Shown here one piece after another: positions 28,553-38,281 of a stretch of 64,000 nt of DNA. Location of the stretch: positions 608,001 through 672,000 of the forward strand of contig CAXWPH010000015.1 in NCBI GenBank assembly GCA_963666055.2, in the 5' to 3' direction. The stretch is from Acidobacteriota bacterium. Its GTDB lineage: Bacteria > Acidobacteriota > UBA890 > WLXD01. A program made the translations under genes and the position numbers. The notes beneath the pieces were generated by a model. It did no database searches. It saw only the letters and a list, made by a program, of their open reading frames with translations, and was not told where the DNA came from. Positions within the stretch are counted from its first letter, which is position 1; every line of letters begins with the position of its first letter.

Positions 28553-30077
28553 TCGTTCGCTGGTGATGCTCGCCGCAGCCGTCCTGGCGACGAGCTCGAC
28601 GGCCCAGGAACCCGTCGACGAGGGCGTCGTCGCTCGAATCAAGGAGGAAGCGTTTCAGCACTCTCAGGTGCTCGACACGTTGATCTATCTGAGCGACGTC
28701 TACGGCCCACGGCTTACCGGGAATCCGGCGTACTACGAGGCGGCCGTGTGGGCCAAGGAGAAGCTGGAGTCATGGGACCTCGACAACGTCCACTTCGATC
28801 CCTACAGGGACGACCTGCGCGGTTGGGACATCGAGTCATACTCCGTGGAGATGGTCGAGCCGCGCTACATGAACATCACAGCGCTACCCGATGCCTGGAC
28901 GCGGGGCACGGACGGAGAGGTCATCGGCGAGCCGCTGCTGGTGGACTACACGTCGCTGGATGCTCTACGGGCGCTCCGCGGTCAGCTACGCGGCCGAATC
29001 TTGCTGTCTCCGGAAGTACGCACGCAGGGCAAGCGGCGCGAGGGCGTGTTCACCGACGAGCAACTGGCCCACGCCGAGAGCCACCTTGTTCCCGATAACG
29101 ACGACAACCTGGACAATGCCGACCTGGAACCCTCGCCGGGTCGCAGAAGGGGAAGCGCTGCGGAGATGCTCGAACGTCAGCAGCTGCTTCTGGATGAAGG
29201 GGTGGCCGCAGTCATCCGCGGCAGCGACAAGAGACCCGGCGTGCTCGACGCCAACCAGCAGCGCTACACGCGCCAGGGCGACCTCAAGCCGGTGCCGCAC
29301 TTCGCCATCAGCAGGGAACAGCACGGGCGCATGCTACGGATGATCGAGCGCGGCGCCACGATCAAGTTGAGGCTCCATCTGAACGTCAGCTTCTACACCG
29401 ACCCGACCTACCACACGAACATCATCGCCGAGATTCCCGGCACCGATCTCAGCCACGAGTTGGTATTGGTCGGCGGTCACTTCGATTCCTACCACAGTGG
29501 TACGGGCGCGGCGGACAACGGCGCCGGCTCCGCCACCACCATGGAGGTCATGCGCATCCTCGAGACCCTCGGTGTGGAGCCCCGCCGAACGATCCGGCTG
29601 GTGCTCTGGGGCAGCGAGGAACAGGGGCATCTGGGCTCTCGCGGGTACCTCGCCAAGTACGTAGCCGACCCGGACACCGGCGCCGATCTCGGCGAGCTGA
29701 ACCGGATCTCCGTCTACTTCAACCACGACAACAACGGCCACAACATCCGCGGCATCCATGGCCAAGGCAACGAGGCTATTCGCCCGATATTCGAGCGCTA
29801 CCTGGAGCCCTTCCATGCGATGGGCGCCGAGACCGCCAGCGTGGAAAACGCCGGCGGCACCGATCACCTGGGCTTCAACGCAGTCAACATCCCGGCGTTC
29901 GAGTGGATCCAGGATCCGCTCCAGTACCACACTACGCAGATTCACTCGAACATGGACGTGCTGGACTACGTCACCGAAGCAGCCCTGAAGCGCAACGCCG
30001 CGATCATCGCGACGTTCGTCTACCACGCCGCGATGCGCGACGAGATGATGCCGCGCAAGAGGCTCGGCGACGGTTAG
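28545..30077 (+). CDS. Secreted M28 peptidase (carboxypeptidase Q-like)
   Basis: LSDVYGPRLTG, GGHFDS, GAADNG, SEEQG, GGTDH, HSNMD. Confidence 0.9.
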   Translation: MASRSLVMLAAAVLATSSTAQEPVDEGVVARIKEEAFQHSQVLDTLIYLSDVYGPRLTGNPAYYEAAVWAKEKLESWDLDNVHFDPYRDDLRGWDIESYSVEMVEPRYMNITALPDAWTRGTDGEVIGEPLLVDYTSLDALRALRGQLRGRILLSPEVRTQGKRREGVFTDEQLAHAESHLVPDNDDNLDNADLEPSPGRRRGSAAEMLERQQLLLDEGVAAVIRGSDKRPGVLDANQQRYTRQGDLKPVPHFAISREQHGRMLRMIERGATIKLRLHLNVSFYTDPTYHTNIIAEIPGTDLSHELVLVGGHFDSYHSGTGAADNGAGSATTMEVMRILETLGVEPRRTIRLVLWGSEEQGHLGSRGYLAKYVADPDTGADLGELNRISVYFNHDNNGHNIRGIHGQGNEAIRPIFERYLEPFHAMGAETASVENAGGTDHLGFNAVNIPAFEWIQDPLQYHTTQIHSNMDVLDYVTEAALKRNAAIIATFVYHAAMRDEMMPRKRLGDG

Positions 30078-30095
30078 CAGGGTGCTGAAGAACTC
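30078..30095. mobile_element. Family-C element end at a stop codon
   Basis: TTAG-CAGGGTGCTGAAGAACTC. Confidence 0.7.
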
Positions 30096-30133
30096 CGGTG
30101 GGTCTGGTAACGGCGGCGTGAGGGTTGCTGGCG

Positions 30134-30961
30134 CTACTCGTGGTGCGTGTACGCCTCTATCTCGAGCTTCATGCCCGCGTACTTACCGTCCGGCGCCACG
30201 GACGGGAAGCGGTACTCCGGATTGCTGAGGATGGCGAACACGGCGGTGTCGCCCAGCCTCAGCATCTCCCTCGTGTTGAGCCGCCATTCCTGGCCGATCT
30301 GATCGAGGCGCCCCGGGAGATCCTGCGCACCGAGGACCGAAGTGAACGCCCAGTAGATGTACTCCGAGACCATGCAATCGTAGTCGCATGTCTCGTCGTA
30401 GTACGAATACCAAGCGCCATCCGGATACTCGTCGGGAACCCCGAGGAACCGCCTGCCGCGTGCCAGATCCATCGCGTTGGCGATCTCGGTACCTGGCACG
30501 CGACCGAACACCGAGGGGTAGGCGCCGCCCCATCCATAGTCCGACACCATGTGCAGGATCTCTTCCAGGGCAGTATCAAACACACCTCGGGCTCTCGCGC
30601 CCGGTCGGGTCTCTTCGTCGTAGAGGCCCTGGCCACGCGGGCGCTCGCTCCGCGGCATGCCCCTGGTCTCGCCCTGAGTCTTGGTCATGGCGATGGCCCC
30701 ACCCTGGTCGAGCAACGCCTGCATGATCTTCGGGTTGTCGGGCACACCGTCTTCATCGTTGTCGATGTACTGCGCCAACACCCCCGCCGCGTGCAGAAGC
30801 TTGTCGTCGCCGGTGGTGTTGGTGGCGTAGATCGGTACGCCGAAAACATCGACCTTCTTGGTAAAGGCCACCTTGCCCGATTGCCGAGCTAGCAGTGCGG
30901 AAGCAAACAGCAACGCGACACCGATACCGAACCCAAACGAGGACAGCTTACGCAGGTTCAT
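30134..30961 (-). CDS. Secreted hypothetical protein, possible zincin-like
   Basis: Signal peptide; YIDNDEDGVPDN, LEEILH, CDYDCMVSEYIYW; GGAAGG RBS. Confidence 0.7.
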   Translation of the reverse strand: MNLRKLSSFGFGIGVALLFASALLARQSGKVAFTKKVDVFGVPIYATNTTGDDKLLHAAGVLAQYIDNDEDGVPDNPKIMQALLDQGGAIAMTKTQGETRGMPRSERPRGQGLYDEETRPGARARGVFDTALEEILHMVSDYGWGGAYPSVFGRVPGTEIANAMDLARGRRFLGVPDEYPDGAWYSYYDETCDYDCMVSEYIYWAFTSVLGAQDLPGRLDQIGQEWRLNTREMLRLGDTAVFAILSNPEYRFPSVAPDGKYAGMKLEIEAYTHHE

Positions 30962-31011
30962 GTGGCTTCCTTCCGACCGCGCTTATCGGTTTCCGAGTCG
31001 ACGAGCGCACC

Positions 31012-32334
31012 TCAGTTGTTGTCGACGAACTGTGCCAAGGGTTGCTGCAGGGTCGGCATGCCGAGCTCTTGCAGCTCGTAGGTCACCCGTAGGGCCGGGA
31101 CGTTGATCTCCACCAGGTGGCGCAGATCGATCGGCGTCGCAATCAACACCAGGTCACAGGGCGTGGCATTGATCGTCTCCTGCAGCTCGTTGATCTGCTC
31201 GGCGCCATAGCCCATTGCCGGCAGACACATCTCGGTCTGGTCATACTTGGCGAATGTCTCGGCGATGCTGCCGACGGCGAACGGACGCGGGTCGACGAGC
31301 TCGGCGGCGCCGTACTTCATCGCTGCGAGGACCCCGGCGCCGTATTCCATCTCACCGTGGGTAAGCGTCGGTCCGTCCTCGATGACTAGCACACGCTTGC
31401 CGGCGATCTCCTCCGCACCATCGACAAACTGCGGCGAGGCGGCATCGATCACCAGCGCACCGGGGTTGCACGCGGCGATGTTCTCGCGCACCTCCTGGAT
31501 GTTCTCCGGCGCTGCACTATCCATCTTGTTGATCACCACGATATCCGCACGACGCAGATTCGCCTCGCCCGGGTAGTAGCTGACCTCATGGCCCGGCCGA
31601 TGCGGGTCGACGACGACGATCTCGAGGTCAGGGGCGATCAGCGGCAGGTCGTTGTTGCCGCCGTCCCAAACGATGATCTCGGCCTCCTTTTCGGCCTCCG
31701 CAACGATGGCGCCATAGTCGACCCCGGCGTAGACGATGGCGCCGCAGCGCACATGCGGCTCGTACTCCTCGCGCTCCTCGATGGTGCATTCGTGCTTGTC
31801 CATGTCCTCGAGCGTCTCGAAGCGCTGCACGCGTTGTTTCACGAGGTCACCGTAGGGCATCGGATGGCGGATGACGACGACCTTCTTGCCCAGCTCTTGA
31901 AGTACCTCCACAACGCGGCGGGTCGTCTGGCTCTTGCCGCAACCCGTACGCACGGCGCAGATCGACACCACTGGAACCGCGGCACTCACCGTGCCGGTCT
32001 TCATGCCCATCAGCCGGAAGTCGGCGCCCGCGGCGGTGGTGCGCGACGCCAAGTGCATCAAGTACTCGTGTGAGACATCGCTGTAGGCGAACACGGCCTC
32101 GTCGATGTCGTGCTCGCGGATCAGCGCCTCGAACTCGTCCTCGGCGCGAATCGGAATCCCCTCGGGGTAAAGATCGCCAGCCAATTCGGCCGGGTAGGTG
32201 CGGCCATCGATATCGGGGATCTGGGTGGCTGTGAACGCCACGACTTCGTAGCCGTCGTTGCCGCGAAAGTAGGTGTTGAAGTTGTGAAAATCGCGGCCGG
32301 CGGCACCCAGAATGATGACGCGCTTGCGAGACAT
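31012..32334 (-). CDS. COG2403 P-loop NTPase, arginine synthetase (ArcE)/cDPG-synthetase-like
   Basis: ILGAAGRDFHNFN, AVRTGCGKSQT, RHPMPYGDL, DGGNND, EDGPTLTHG, LPAMGY. Confidence 0.88.
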   Translation of the reverse strand: MSRKRVIILGAAGRDFHNFNTYFRGNDGYEVVAFTATQIPDIDGRTYPAELAGDLYPEGIPIRAEDEFEALIREHDIDEAVFAYSDVSHEYLMHLASRTTAAGADFRLMGMKTGTVSAAVPVVSICAVRTGCGKSQTTRRVVEVLQELGKKVVVIRHPMPYGDLVKQRVQRFETLEDMDKHECTIEEREEYEPHVRCGAIVYAGVDYGAIVAEAEKEAEIIVWDGGNNDLPLIAPDLEIVVVDPHRPGHEVSYYPGEANLRRADIVVINKMDSAAPENIQEVRENIAACNPGALVIDAASPQFVDGAEEIAGKRVLVIEDGPTLTHGEMEYGAGVLAAMKYGAAELVDPRPFAVGSIAETFAKYDQTEMCLPAMGYGAEQINELQETINATPCDLVLIATPIDLRHLVEINVPALRVTYELQELGMPTLQQPLAQFVDNN

Positions 32335-32444
32335 ACGGCTCTCCTCAGATGTCGTGCTTGGAAGACCGAAAGACGAAGAGCGGCAAGGCTATCCGGCCGA
32401 CGTCGGGGAGGCAAATCCAACCCCGGCCCGTACCCGAGGCGGAG

Positions 32445-33596
32445 CTATCCAGTCACCAGGTCCATCGGCAGTCGGCCGAAACGCTCATTGCCAGCCTCGG
32501 TTACCAGGAACGTCTCGCCCAGGGTCATCGCCTGCCCCTTGTCGCTGTCCATCAGGATCATGTGTATGAAGAACACCTGCCCCGGGGCGACCACCACCTG
32601 ATTGCCGCGATACAACATCGGCCAGTCCATCCAGTTCGGCGCGAAAGTCGTACCCAACGAATACCCGCAGGCGTTGAGTCGTGCGTGCCCGTAGCCTCGT
32701 TCGTCCATGACGCGAGCATGGGCATCGAACACTTCGCCGAGCGTGCTGCCCGGCACCAACACGTCGACACAGGCCGCTAGCGCCTCCGCGCACACGCCAT
32801 GCATCGCCACATGCTGCGGCAGTGCCCTTCCGATCGGGATCGTGCGCATCAACGCCGAGTGGTAATGGCGGTACACGCCAGCGAACTCCAAGGTGAGCTG
32901 ATCCTCGGAATCGAGCTTCCGCCGGCCTGAGAAATACCGACAGAGCAATGCATCCCGACCCGAGCCGATGATGAAGTCGTTGGCGGGATAGTCGCCGCCG
33001 CCGCGGAACACCGCCCCCTGCATGGCGGCGAGAATCTCCGCCTCATCGGCCCCGGGATGGGCCAGTTCCCATGCCGCTTCTAGTGCGTCGTCGGCTAGCG
33101 CGGCCGCCCTCCGGACGTGCTCGATCTCCGCCGGAGACTTCACGAGCCGCAGCTCCGACACGATCTCGGAACAGTCGTCCAGCGAGGCGAAGCCCTGCAG
33201 CGCCGAGTTGAGCCGCAGCGCGTTACGCCCGGTGAGCCCGTAGGCTTCGTACTCCACCCCGAGAAGAGTCCCGGCGAGGCCGAGCTCGTCTAGCAGGTCG
33301 CGCAGCGCATCCGCCGGGCTGGCCTCGTCACGATCCACCCAGATCCTGATGTCCTCGATGTTCGAGGTGTTCTGCGCCTGGCGAAGGTCGGGCGCTCGGG
33401 TGATCAACGCTACGCGGCCGTCAGCGGTGAGCGCGAGACATTGAAAGAACACGTAGCCGAACGTGTCGTAGCCGGTGAGCCAGAACATCGACTCCTGGCG
33501 GAACATCAGCAGCCCATCCAGGCCAACGTCCTGCATCCGCCCGGTCAACGCCGCGCGGCGGGTCTCGAGCTCCGCGGTCGTGAAGTGCAGTGCCAT
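32445..33596 (-). CDS. M24 Xaa-Pro peptidase / ectoine-hydrolase(DoeA)-like
   Basis: WLTGYD, LRLVKSPAEI, GGGDYPA, GYSLG. Confidence 0.85.
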   Translation of the reverse strand: MALHFTTAELETRRAALTGRMQDVGLDGLLMFRQESMFWLTGYDTFGYVFFQCLALTADGRVALITRAPDLRQAQNTSNIEDIRIWVDRDEASPADALRDLLDELGLAGTLLGVEYEAYGLTGRNALRLNSALQGFASLDDCSEIVSELRLVKSPAEIEHVRRAAALADDALEAAWELAHPGADEAEILAAMQGAVFRGGGDYPANDFIIGSGRDALLCRYFSGRRKLDSEDQLTLEFAGVYRHYHSALMRTIPIGRALPQHVAMHGVCAEALAACVDVLVPGSTLGEVFDAHARVMDERGYGHARLNACGYSLGTTFAPNWMDWPMLYRGNQVVVAPGQVFFIHMILMDSDKGQAMTLGETFLVTEAGNERFGRLPMDLVTG

Positions 33597-33643
33597 GATC
33601 AGTCAGTCGGCAGCTGCGCGGCGTGTCGCCAACAAGGCAACCA

Positions 33644-36067
33644 CTACGACTGCGGCCGCCGGATCTCGAATCCCCCCGGCGGCTCCTGGCCCAGCAAGTG
33701 CTCCACGAAATAATCCCAGGTGCGCCGAATCACGTAAGGCTCGCTGGCATAGCCGTGATTGCGGTTCGGCATCACCAGCATGTCGAAGTCCTTGTTGTGC
33801 TTGATGAGCTCATCTACCAGCAGCAACGTCGCGTTGGGGTGCACGTTGTCGTCGAGAGAGCCATAGGTGAGCAGCAGCTTGCCTTCCAGCTTCTCGGCCA
33901 TCAGGTGGTTGGCCTGAGCGTCGAAATTGTCGCCGCCGCCGGGAAGCTCCTCCAGCAGGCCGTGATACTTCTCTCCCCAACCCCAGGAGTAGCTTCGCTG
34001 GTCGTGGTTGCCGGCACCCGAAACCGCAACCTTGTAGAAGTCGGGGAATCGCAGGATGGCGTCGGTAGAGGAGAATCCGCCGCCGGAGTGACCATAGATG
34101 CCCACCCGGTCGAGATCGATCTGTGGGTGCCGCACGGCGAGCTGTTTGATCGCTTCTATGTGGTCGGGCAGCCCATTGTCGCGCATGTCGCCGTAGTAGG
34201 CATCGTGGAACGACTTGGAGCGGAACGGTGTGCCAGTGGCGTCGATCTGAAAGACGATGAATCCGACTTCGGCGAGAGCTTGGGCGAAGCCGCGCGGATT
34301 GGCGGTGAAGCCGCGCTCTCCGACGGCGCCAATCTGCGGGCCCGGATAGATGTAGTCGATGAGCGCGTAGCTCGCCTCGGCGTCGAAGTCGGAAGGAAAG
34401 TAGAGAAAGCCGTACAGGTCGGTCACGTTGTCGCGTGCTTTCACTTTGAAGGGCACCGCCGGGTGCCAGCCGGTTGCTTCGAGCGCCGTTATATCTGCCT
34501 CTTCCAGGGTACGCAGGACCTGCCCGTCGGCACGCCGCAGCACGGTTACCGGCGCAGTGTTGCGCATCGAGTAGGTGTCGACCACGAAGTTGCCCGACTT
34601 TGGCATGCCGATGGCGTGGTGCGCGTCCTCGGCGGTGATGCGCTGTAGCTGCGACCCGTCGATCTGGGCTCGGTACAGCTGCGCAGCGTACGGGTAGAGA
34701 CCTGGCTCTTTGCCGTAGGCTTCGAAGTACAGCCACCCGTCGTCGGCCAGGTGGTGGATTCGCGCCGCTACCCAAGCACCGCTAGTGACCTGGTTGATCA
34801 GCCCTTCACCGGAGCCATCGAACCGGTACATATGACCCCAACCGCTTCGCTGCGACCACCACACCACCTGCTCGCCGTTGCCCACCACGCGCCAATCGCC
34901 GCCGTCGGGACTGAACGAGATATTGAGGTCGACGAACGTATCGGCGGTCTCCTCGAGCACCACGCGGCTGGCCCCCGTTGCCGGATCGGCGCCATACAGC
35001 GTGATTCGCTGATGGCCGCGGTGCTCGCGCGGGAAGAAGACCTTGCTGCTATCCGCCGCCCAGCGCATCTCCACCTCACGGGGCCAGTGCTCCTCGATGG
35101 GTGGGCTTTCCAGCTCCACGCCAATACGCGAGACCACATCAAATACCCATGCTCGGTAGGTCGGGACAATCTCGTCTCCAGGAAGCGCGTAGCGATAACT
35201 GTGCAGGATGGGTCGCCCCAGATGCGTCTCGATCAGGTGCATCTGACCGACATCGCGCTCGTCGAGTCGCGTGGTGGCGATCCTGGTGGAGTCAGGCGAC
35301 CAAAACACCACCGGAGGTAGCTTCGTCGCGCGTCGACGGGAGGTGATCTCCGAGCAACAGCCCTCGGCAATCTGACCATAGCCGTAGTGCGGTTCGCCGT
35401 CCTCGCTGAGCTGGGTCTCCGCGCCCGACTCCAGCTCGCGCACCCACAGGTTCTCGTCGCGCGTGAAGGCGGCCCAGCGTTTGTCGGGCGAACGAACCTC
35501 GTCTTCGGGGTCGGCCGCAACGTCCTCCGGGCCGGAACACTCGTAGCTCGTCAGGTCACAGGTCCAGCGGCGCTCCGGAGGACTCGTGTCGGCACCCTCC
35601 GCGGTCGCCTCGTCGCCGATCCCGCTATCGGACGCTTCTTCCCCTTCCGGCCGCTCGAGCACCTCCCAGAAGCGCAGCATCCGGGCGTCGTCGAGCAGCT
35701 CGATGCTTTCGAACGGCAGTTGATAGGGATCGTACGCGTGTCCGGAGTTCGCCGAGAGGGTGGCGGCCAACCGCACATGGTCAAAGGCGGAGCGCTGTTG
35801 GTTGGCCCCTGGATCGACGTAGACAAACTGGTCGCCGCTCGGTATCTGTTTGCGGTACCAGAAGCGGTCGGTGTCGTCGATCCACTGGGGCGACACCGGG
35901 TAGTTGTAGACGAGCTTCGTGGCGTTCCAGCCCAGCATACGCTCGGCGCGCGCATAGTCCGCACGGGTGACCGAGTCGGCGGCTCCCTGTCCGGCACCCA
36001 GAAGCACGGCCAGCATGACCAGGGCGATTGCCTTCCGACCTGCGCCCTCCGCGCATCGTGGGCTCAT
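33644..36067 (-). CDS. Secreted S9B dipeptidyl-peptidase IV-like protein
   Basis: FWSPDS, YPGPQ, GHSGGG, DDNVHP, HGY; start approximate. Confidence 0.92.
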   Translation of the reverse strand: MSPRCAEGAGRKAIALVMLAVLLGAGQGAADSVTRADYARAERMLGWNATKLVYNYPVSPQWIDDTDRFWYRKQIPSGDQFVYVDPGANQQRSAFDHVRLAATLSANSGHAYDPYQLPFESIELLDDARMLRFWEVLERPEGEEASDSGIGDEATAEGADTSPPERRWTCDLTSYECSGPEDVAADPEDEVRSPDKRWAAFTRDENLWVRELESGAETQLSEDGEPHYGYGQIAEGCCSEITSRRRATKLPPVVFWSPDSTRIATTRLDERDVGQMHLIETHLGRPILHSYRYALPGDEIVPTYRAWVFDVVSRIGVELESPPIEEHWPREVEMRWAADSSKVFFPREHRGHQRITLYGADPATGASRVVLEETADTFVDLNISFSPDGGDWRVVGNGEQVVWWSQRSGWGHMYRFDGSGEGLINQVTSGAWVAARIHHLADDGWLYFEAYGKEPGLYPYAAQLYRAQIDGSQLQRITAEDAHHAIGMPKSGNFVVDTYSMRNTAPVTVLRRADGQVLRTLEEADITALEATGWHPAVPFKVKARDNVTDLYGFLYFPSDFDAEASYALIDYIYPGPQIGAVGERGFTANPRGFAQALAEVGFIVFQIDATGTPFRSKSFHDAYYGDMRDNGLPDHIEAIKQLAVRHPQIDLDRVGIYGHSGGGFSSTDAILRFPDFYKVAVSGAGNHDQRSYSWGWGEKYHGLLEELPGGGDNFDAQANHLMAEKLEGKLLLTYGSLDDNVHPNATLLLVDELIKHNKDFDMLVMPNRNHGYASEPYVIRRTWDYFVEHLLGQEPPGGFEIRRPQS

Positions 36068-36186
36068 CACCGCCTCCAGGTTGGTTGCCAGACGGGGTCT
36101 GGGTGATCGGGGCGCTCGCCGCGGGCGCGGCAGGAGCATCCGGGTGCGTGGTGCCGTACTTTATGTGAATGGCATGGTGCGCGCCA

Positions 36187-36213
36187 TGTCCTATTCAGCC
36201 GGCGCTAACCGTC
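36187..36213 (+). promoter_or_regulatory. Putative ECF42-type promoter of the YciI gene
   Basis: TGTCCT-17 nt-CGTC about 50 nt upstream of the YciI ATG. Confidence 0.55.
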
Positions 36214-36264
36214 ATCCAAGTATGAGATCAGATCCCACCGGATCGACACCGAAGGAGGTCAGGA

Positions 36265-36630
36265 ATGGCTGACTACTTGTTGCTCTACCAAGGCGGCGAC
36301 CCCAACTGGCGGGACCAGCGAACAGCGGAGCAGATGCAGGCGGTGATGCAGGAATGGGGCGCCTGGTTCAAGGAGCTGGAGGCCTCTGGGCAGCTGCGTA
36401 ATCCGGGGGCGCCGCTGCTGCCGGAAGGCATCGCCCTGAGGCGCGACGGCGATGGGTTCGCCACCGACACCACGATGGCCGAGGTGAAGGAGCTGATCGG
36501 CGGCTACTCGGTCATCACCGCCAACTCCCTCGAGGAGGCCTCCTCGTTGGCCCAGGGCTGCCCGTTCCTCAACTACCATCCCGAAGGCGCCGTGCTGGTC
36601 AGGCCGGTAATGTCGATACCCGAGGGCTAG
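36265..36630 (+). CDS. YciI/DGPF-family protein
   Basis: YLLLY, WGAWFKEL, EVKELIGGY..I.A.SLEEA...CP; AAGGAGG RBS. Confidence 0.88.
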   Translation: MADYLLLYQGGDPNWRDQRTAEQMQAVMQEWGAWFKELEASGQLRNPGAPLLPEGIALRRDGDGFATDTTMAEVKELIGGYSVITANSLEEASSLAQGCPFLNYHPEGAVLVRPVMSIPEG

Positions 36631-36895
36631 CAGGCCGTAGTGTGGCGGGCCTGGATACGGCGAGCTGGGGCCGGATACAAGGCGGCCTGACACAGGCGAT
36701 GCCCTAGCCATCGTCGAAGAAGGCCAACGCCGCAGATGGCCCCAAATCGCCGTAACCCTTCGGGCGACAGGGGGTTGCGCGCCTATGCTGCGTCGTTCCT
36801 CGTCAACGATGGGGGTTCCATCGCCTTCTCCTCTCTCCTTGCCTCCCCCTCGCAAGACCCTGTCGCCAGACCCACCATACTTTCACCACGGCCTG
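36631..36895. mobile_element. Family-A MITE, inverted copy (265 bp; 6-bp deletion in one TIR)
   Basis: Aligns end-to-end with the reverse complement of 8940-9210; CTAG at 36627-36630 and 36896-36899. Confidence 0.92.
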
Positions 36896-38179
36896 CTAGT
36901 CTCCACTGCCGGCGCGTCGCACCTGCTGGGCGATGAACTCGCGCTCGTGCTCGGTGCGCGCCTGCGACAACGCCTGGTCCAAGAACGCGTCGGCCGGCTG
37001 CTGGTAGCCGGCTCGCGCGTACAGGTTGGCGAGAACGGCGGCAACCGCATGGCTATGCGTCAACTTGCCTTCCTCGCGAATAGAGTCGACCAGCGGAATC
37101 GCTGCCTCTGGCCCGTCTCGGTACGAGATCGCCACCGCCCGGTTCAGCTCCACCACCGGCGATGGCGCAGCCTCCCGCAACCGGTCGTACAAACGACAGA
37201 TCGACTTCCAGTCGGTCTCTGCGAACGTTGGCGCCGAGCAATGGCGTGCCGCGACCGCCGCTTCGAGATGAAAGCGGCTGGCAGCAACCGCTTCCATGGC
37301 CGAGGCTCGGGCGAGATCGTCATATCCGAGGCGAATCAACTCCTGGTCCCACAGCGATCGGTCCTGCTGATCCAGTGGAACCAGGCGTCCAGCCTCATCG
37401 AGCCGCGATCGCAGCCGAGCCGTGTTGAACCGCATGATCGCAAGAAGAGCGATTGTGTCGCTGCTGGCGAGCCCAGGAGTCTCCGCTAGCAGGAGCGTCA
37501 GCTCCAGCGCGTCGTGACAAAGCTCCTTGAGAATCGGCTGATCGCTGGTCGACAGGTACCCCTCGTTGAACAGCAGATACAGCGAGGTGTGGACGGTGGC
37601 CAGCGCCCCTGCCCGGTCTTTCTCTGTTGGAATGACGAACTCCAGGCTTCGTACCTGACGCCGCGTTCGGTACAGACGCTTGTTGATGGTCGACTCGGTG
37701 GTGAGCGGGGCGCGCGCGATCGCCGGGACGCTCAGCCCGCACAGAGTCTTGAGGATGAGCGTGGTGCGGTTCTCGGGGGTTAGCGACTGATGACAGCACA
37801 TGAAGATCATGCGCAGCTGGTCATCGCGAATGCCTTGCTCTTCGAAGGCCTCGTCGACCGTTGGCGACAGCGTCCACTCGCTGTCGAGGTAGACGGCCAG
37901 GTCGTTGGCGAAGGTGCGCCGCGTGCGCTCGCGTCGAATCACGTCGATGGCGCGATTACGAGCGGTCGTCAACAACCAGGCACTCGGGTTGTCCGGAATT
38001 CCCTTGCGCGCCCAGCTGTCCATGGCGCGCACGAACGACTCCTGAACGACATCCTCTGCCAGATCGAGGTTGTGCGAGCCGAGGATGCGCGTCAGCACCG
38101 AAATCAGGCGGCGCGACTCGCGCCGGAACAGCATCTCGATCTCGTCATTCGGTGCCGCGCTAGTATCTGGTGCTTCCAT
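36896..38179 (-). CDS. ECF sigma factor with C-terminal TPR extension (ECF42-type)
   Basis: LAEDVVQE, WLLTTARNRAIDVIRR, DDQLRMIFMCCH, LYLLFNEGY, LDQQDRSLWD, VVELNRAVA. Confidence 0.92.
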   Translation of the reverse strand: MEAPDTSAAPNDEIEMLFRRESRRLISVLTRILGSHNLDLAEDVVQESFVRAMDSWARKGIPDNPSAWLLTTARNRAIDVIRRERTRRTFANDLAVYLDSEWTLSPTVDEAFEEQGIRDDQLRMIFMCCHQSLTPENRTTLILKTLCGLSVPAIARAPLTTESTINKRLYRTRRQVRSLEFVIPTEKDRAGALATVHTSLYLLFNEGYLSTSDQPILKELCHDALELTLLLAETPGLASSDTIALLAIMRFNTARLRSRLDEAGRLVPLDQQDRSLWDQELIRLGYDDLARASAMEAVAASRFHLEAAVAARHCSAPTFAETDWKSICRLYDRLREAAPSPVVELNRAVAISYRDGPEAAIPLVDSIREEGKLTHSHAVAAVLANLYARAGYQQPADAFLDQALSQARTEHEREFIAQQVRRAGSGD

Positions 38180-38281
38180 AACCTCTCAGACTCTGCGATC
38201 GGCACGCGCGTGTCTAACGAGCCGACATGGAGTTGATGCTGTGAAACACACTCGACCGGGCGCGCCAGGGTACGGCCTTCA

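Noticed and set aside
38180-38281. TPP riboswitch upstream of tenA
   Set aside because: No CTGAGA-containing aptamer on the sense strand, and the region is short.
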